Part shown: in pieces, positions 58,403-59,566 of the stretch
Position numbering within the stretch: the first letter of the stretch is position 1
How the letters are laid out: each line of letters starts with the position of its first letter
NCBI GenBank assembly: GCA_963934665.1
Contig: CAWVZF010000001.1
Coordinates: 1-59,566, forward strand
DNA length: 59,566 bases
Direction: 5' to 3'
Source: an uncultured bacterium
Lineage (GTDB): Bacteria; Gemmatimonadota; Gemmatimonadetes; Longimicrobiales; Gaopeijiaceae
Position numbers and translations under genes: made by a program
Notes under the pieces: model-generated
The model's database searches: none
What the model saw: the letters and a program-made list of their open reading frames with translations, nothing else
Told to the model about the DNA's origin: nothing

Positions 58403-59304
58403 GCAGAGACAACAGCCGGATCGACCGCACCATGCGCTTCGCCGCCCTCGCGCTCGTGGCGGGGGTGAGCGTTTTCACCACTGTTGGCCTCACGCCCTCC
58501 CCTCCCGAAGTGCCCGCGCCCGCAGCGATGGTTGACCGCACAGCCGCGGTCGCCGCGGACTTCGACTACTACCGCCAAAACATCGAGCCGATGTTCGTGC
58601 GACCCCGTGGCTACCCGAACGCTGGTGGAAGCCCTGCGTGTGTCATGTGCCACAGCTGGCAGACGGGCCTGCGATTCGCGCTCGCGGACATGACGGAGAC
58701 ACCTGACGGCTGGATGTGGACCGCCGGCCAATCCCAGGCCAACTATGACGTCGTGACGAAACTCGTAAACGCTTCGAACCCCGCGAGCAGCAGGCTCCTG
58801 ACGAAACCACTGTCGCAGCAGGCCGGTGGCGAGGGCCACTCGGGCGGTAACTACTGGGAGTCGACGAGCGACCCGGAGTATCAGGTCGTGCTCCAGTGGA
58901 TCGAGATGCTCCCAGCCGAGTATTTCACGCCGCCCCCGGAGCCCGAGCTCGACTTCGAGTTCTACCGCACGTGCGTCCAGGACATGATCCAGAGCCCGAA
59001 GTACGGGCAGCTCTCCTGCACAGTCTGCCACGCCGGCGGCTCGATCGGCTTCGCGCCGCGTCCCGCGAACGGCACCTCCTGGACGGAGCAGGAGGCGCGT
59101 CGGGGCTTCGAGGTTGTGAAGCGCCTGATTGTGCCCGGGAATCCGATTCAGAGCCGATGGCTGCTCAAGCCGCTCCACTTGGACGGAGGCGGGTCGTACA
59201 CGCACAACGGGCCCCGCAGATGGCTGTCGAGGGACGATCCCGAGTGGCAGATGCTCGCGGCATGGGTGAGGGGAGAGCGCTCAGGTAGCGACTGCTCGAT
59301 GTAG
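58399..59304 (+). CDS. Exported di-haem c-type cytochrome-like protein built from two homologous modules
   Basis: ATGA overlap with the propeller gene. CVMCH is at 58639-58653 and CTVCH at 59017-59031. An alternative start is Met-12 (58432), before a hydrophobic signal. Confidence 0.7.
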   Translation: MSRDNSRIDRTMRFAALALVAGVSVFTTVGLTPSPPEVPAPAAMVDRTAAVAADFDYYRQNIEPMFVRPRGYPNAGGSPACVMCHSWQTGLRFALADMTETPDGWMWTAGQSQANYDVVTKLVNASNPASSRLLTKPLSQQAGGEGHSGGNYWESTSDPEYQVVLQWIEMLPAEYFTPPPEPELDFEFYRTCVQDMIQSPKYGQLSCTVCHAGGSIGFAPRPANGTSWTEQEARRGFEVVKRLIVPGNPIQSRWLLKPLHLDGGGSYTHNGPRRWLSRDDPEWQMLAAWVRGERSGSDCSM

Positions 59305-59566
59305 GGTCGGGACCGGTTAGGGGGGACATCGCAAATGCCCTGAAGCGTAGACGGTCCCTTCGCCGCAACGGAGTGGCCGGGCCCGGGCTCATAGCCAGCG
59401 AGCAGCCTATTCACGTCCTGGCGTTCCGAAAGCTCAATCGTGTAATCGCCAGTAGCGGGGCCGGAATCACCGGCTAGAGTCGAGACTCGGATCACGATGA
59501 GAGCCGGTGATTCGACGTCCGGCACCGTGAACTCCAGCGAGTCCTCGAGGGCAGAGCCCGCACCGA
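59148..59566 (-). CDS. Possible 3' end of a minus-strand gene running off the window (PPC/Ig-like C-terminal domain?)
   Basis: The frame is open to the window edge (..GAGSALEDSLEFTVPDVESPALIVIRVSTLAGDSGPATGDYTIELSE..). The distal part overlaps the 3' end of the + strand gene by 157 nt, so the true stop and the reality of the gene are uncertain in this high-GC DNA. Confidence 0.3.
   Translation of the reverse strand, partial: GAGSALEDSLEFTVPDVESPALIVIRVSTLAGDSGPATGDYTIELSERQDVNRLLAGYEPGPGHSVAAKGPSTLQGICDVPPNRSRPYIEQSLPERSPLTHAASICHSGSSLDSHLRGPLCVYDPPPSKWSGLSSHRL

Noticed and set aside
57587-59205. Long minus-strand ORFs (237, 161, 124 and 311 aa) in the high-GC segment.
   Set aside because: They are Arg/Pro/Gly-rich antisense shadows of the two + strand genes, with no motifs. 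The + strand products have signal peptides, CxxCH motifs and propeller repeats.

Overview
This is a gene-dense 59.6-kb bacterial chromosomal segment with about 47 CDS and 2 tRNAs. I could not recognise any rRNA, CRISPR array, transposase, integrase or phage gene. The first ~57 kb is about 50% G+C by spot counts. Gene content includes a plant/chlamydia-type FabI, a Bat/MoxR-VWA operon, DUF1080, planctomycete-type cytochrome c modules, a DUF5117-type Zn metalloprotease and many lipoproteins. This suggests an FCB-group, Gemmatimonadota or PVC-like organism, possibly marine, but that placement is inference only.

Layout:
- 0-22 kb: housekeeping and transport genes. These are ligA (5' truncated), a CaCA antiporter, fabI-aminotransferase-HAD, an orphan PCD, tRNA-Glu(CUC)/tRNA-Val(CAC), a permuted aconitase-family enzyme, an NSS symporter, a BMP-type ABC importer, a large PIG-L deacetylase, an SSS symporter and PFK.
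- 21-49 kb: the unusual part, an island made almost entirely of exported (Sec, lipoprotein or TAT) enzymes. It holds three amidase-signature paralogues, an M19 dipeptidase, a D-aminoacylase-like amidohydrolase and a quinohaemoprotein with an N-terminal cytochrome c domain. It also holds two TAT-exported molybdenum hydroxylases (IorAB-like and PaoABC-like), a PAL-like NHL lyase, an FG-GAP propeller, a Zn metalloprotease and an APC permease fused to EIIA-like and TrkA-C domains.
- 49-54.7 kb: a six-gene, translationally coupled MoxR/DUF58/VWA (Bat-type) operon.
- 54.7-56.9 kb: a TonB-dependent receptor.
- From ~57.1 kb to the end: composition jumps to roughly 63-73% G+C. This segment carries a beta-propeller plus an internally duplicated di-haem cytochrome c pair. 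It is either foreign DNA or an assembly chimera.

Nothing here can be shown to be a new system from sequence alone. The best candidates are the exported C-N hydrolase/redox island and the high-GC terminal module.
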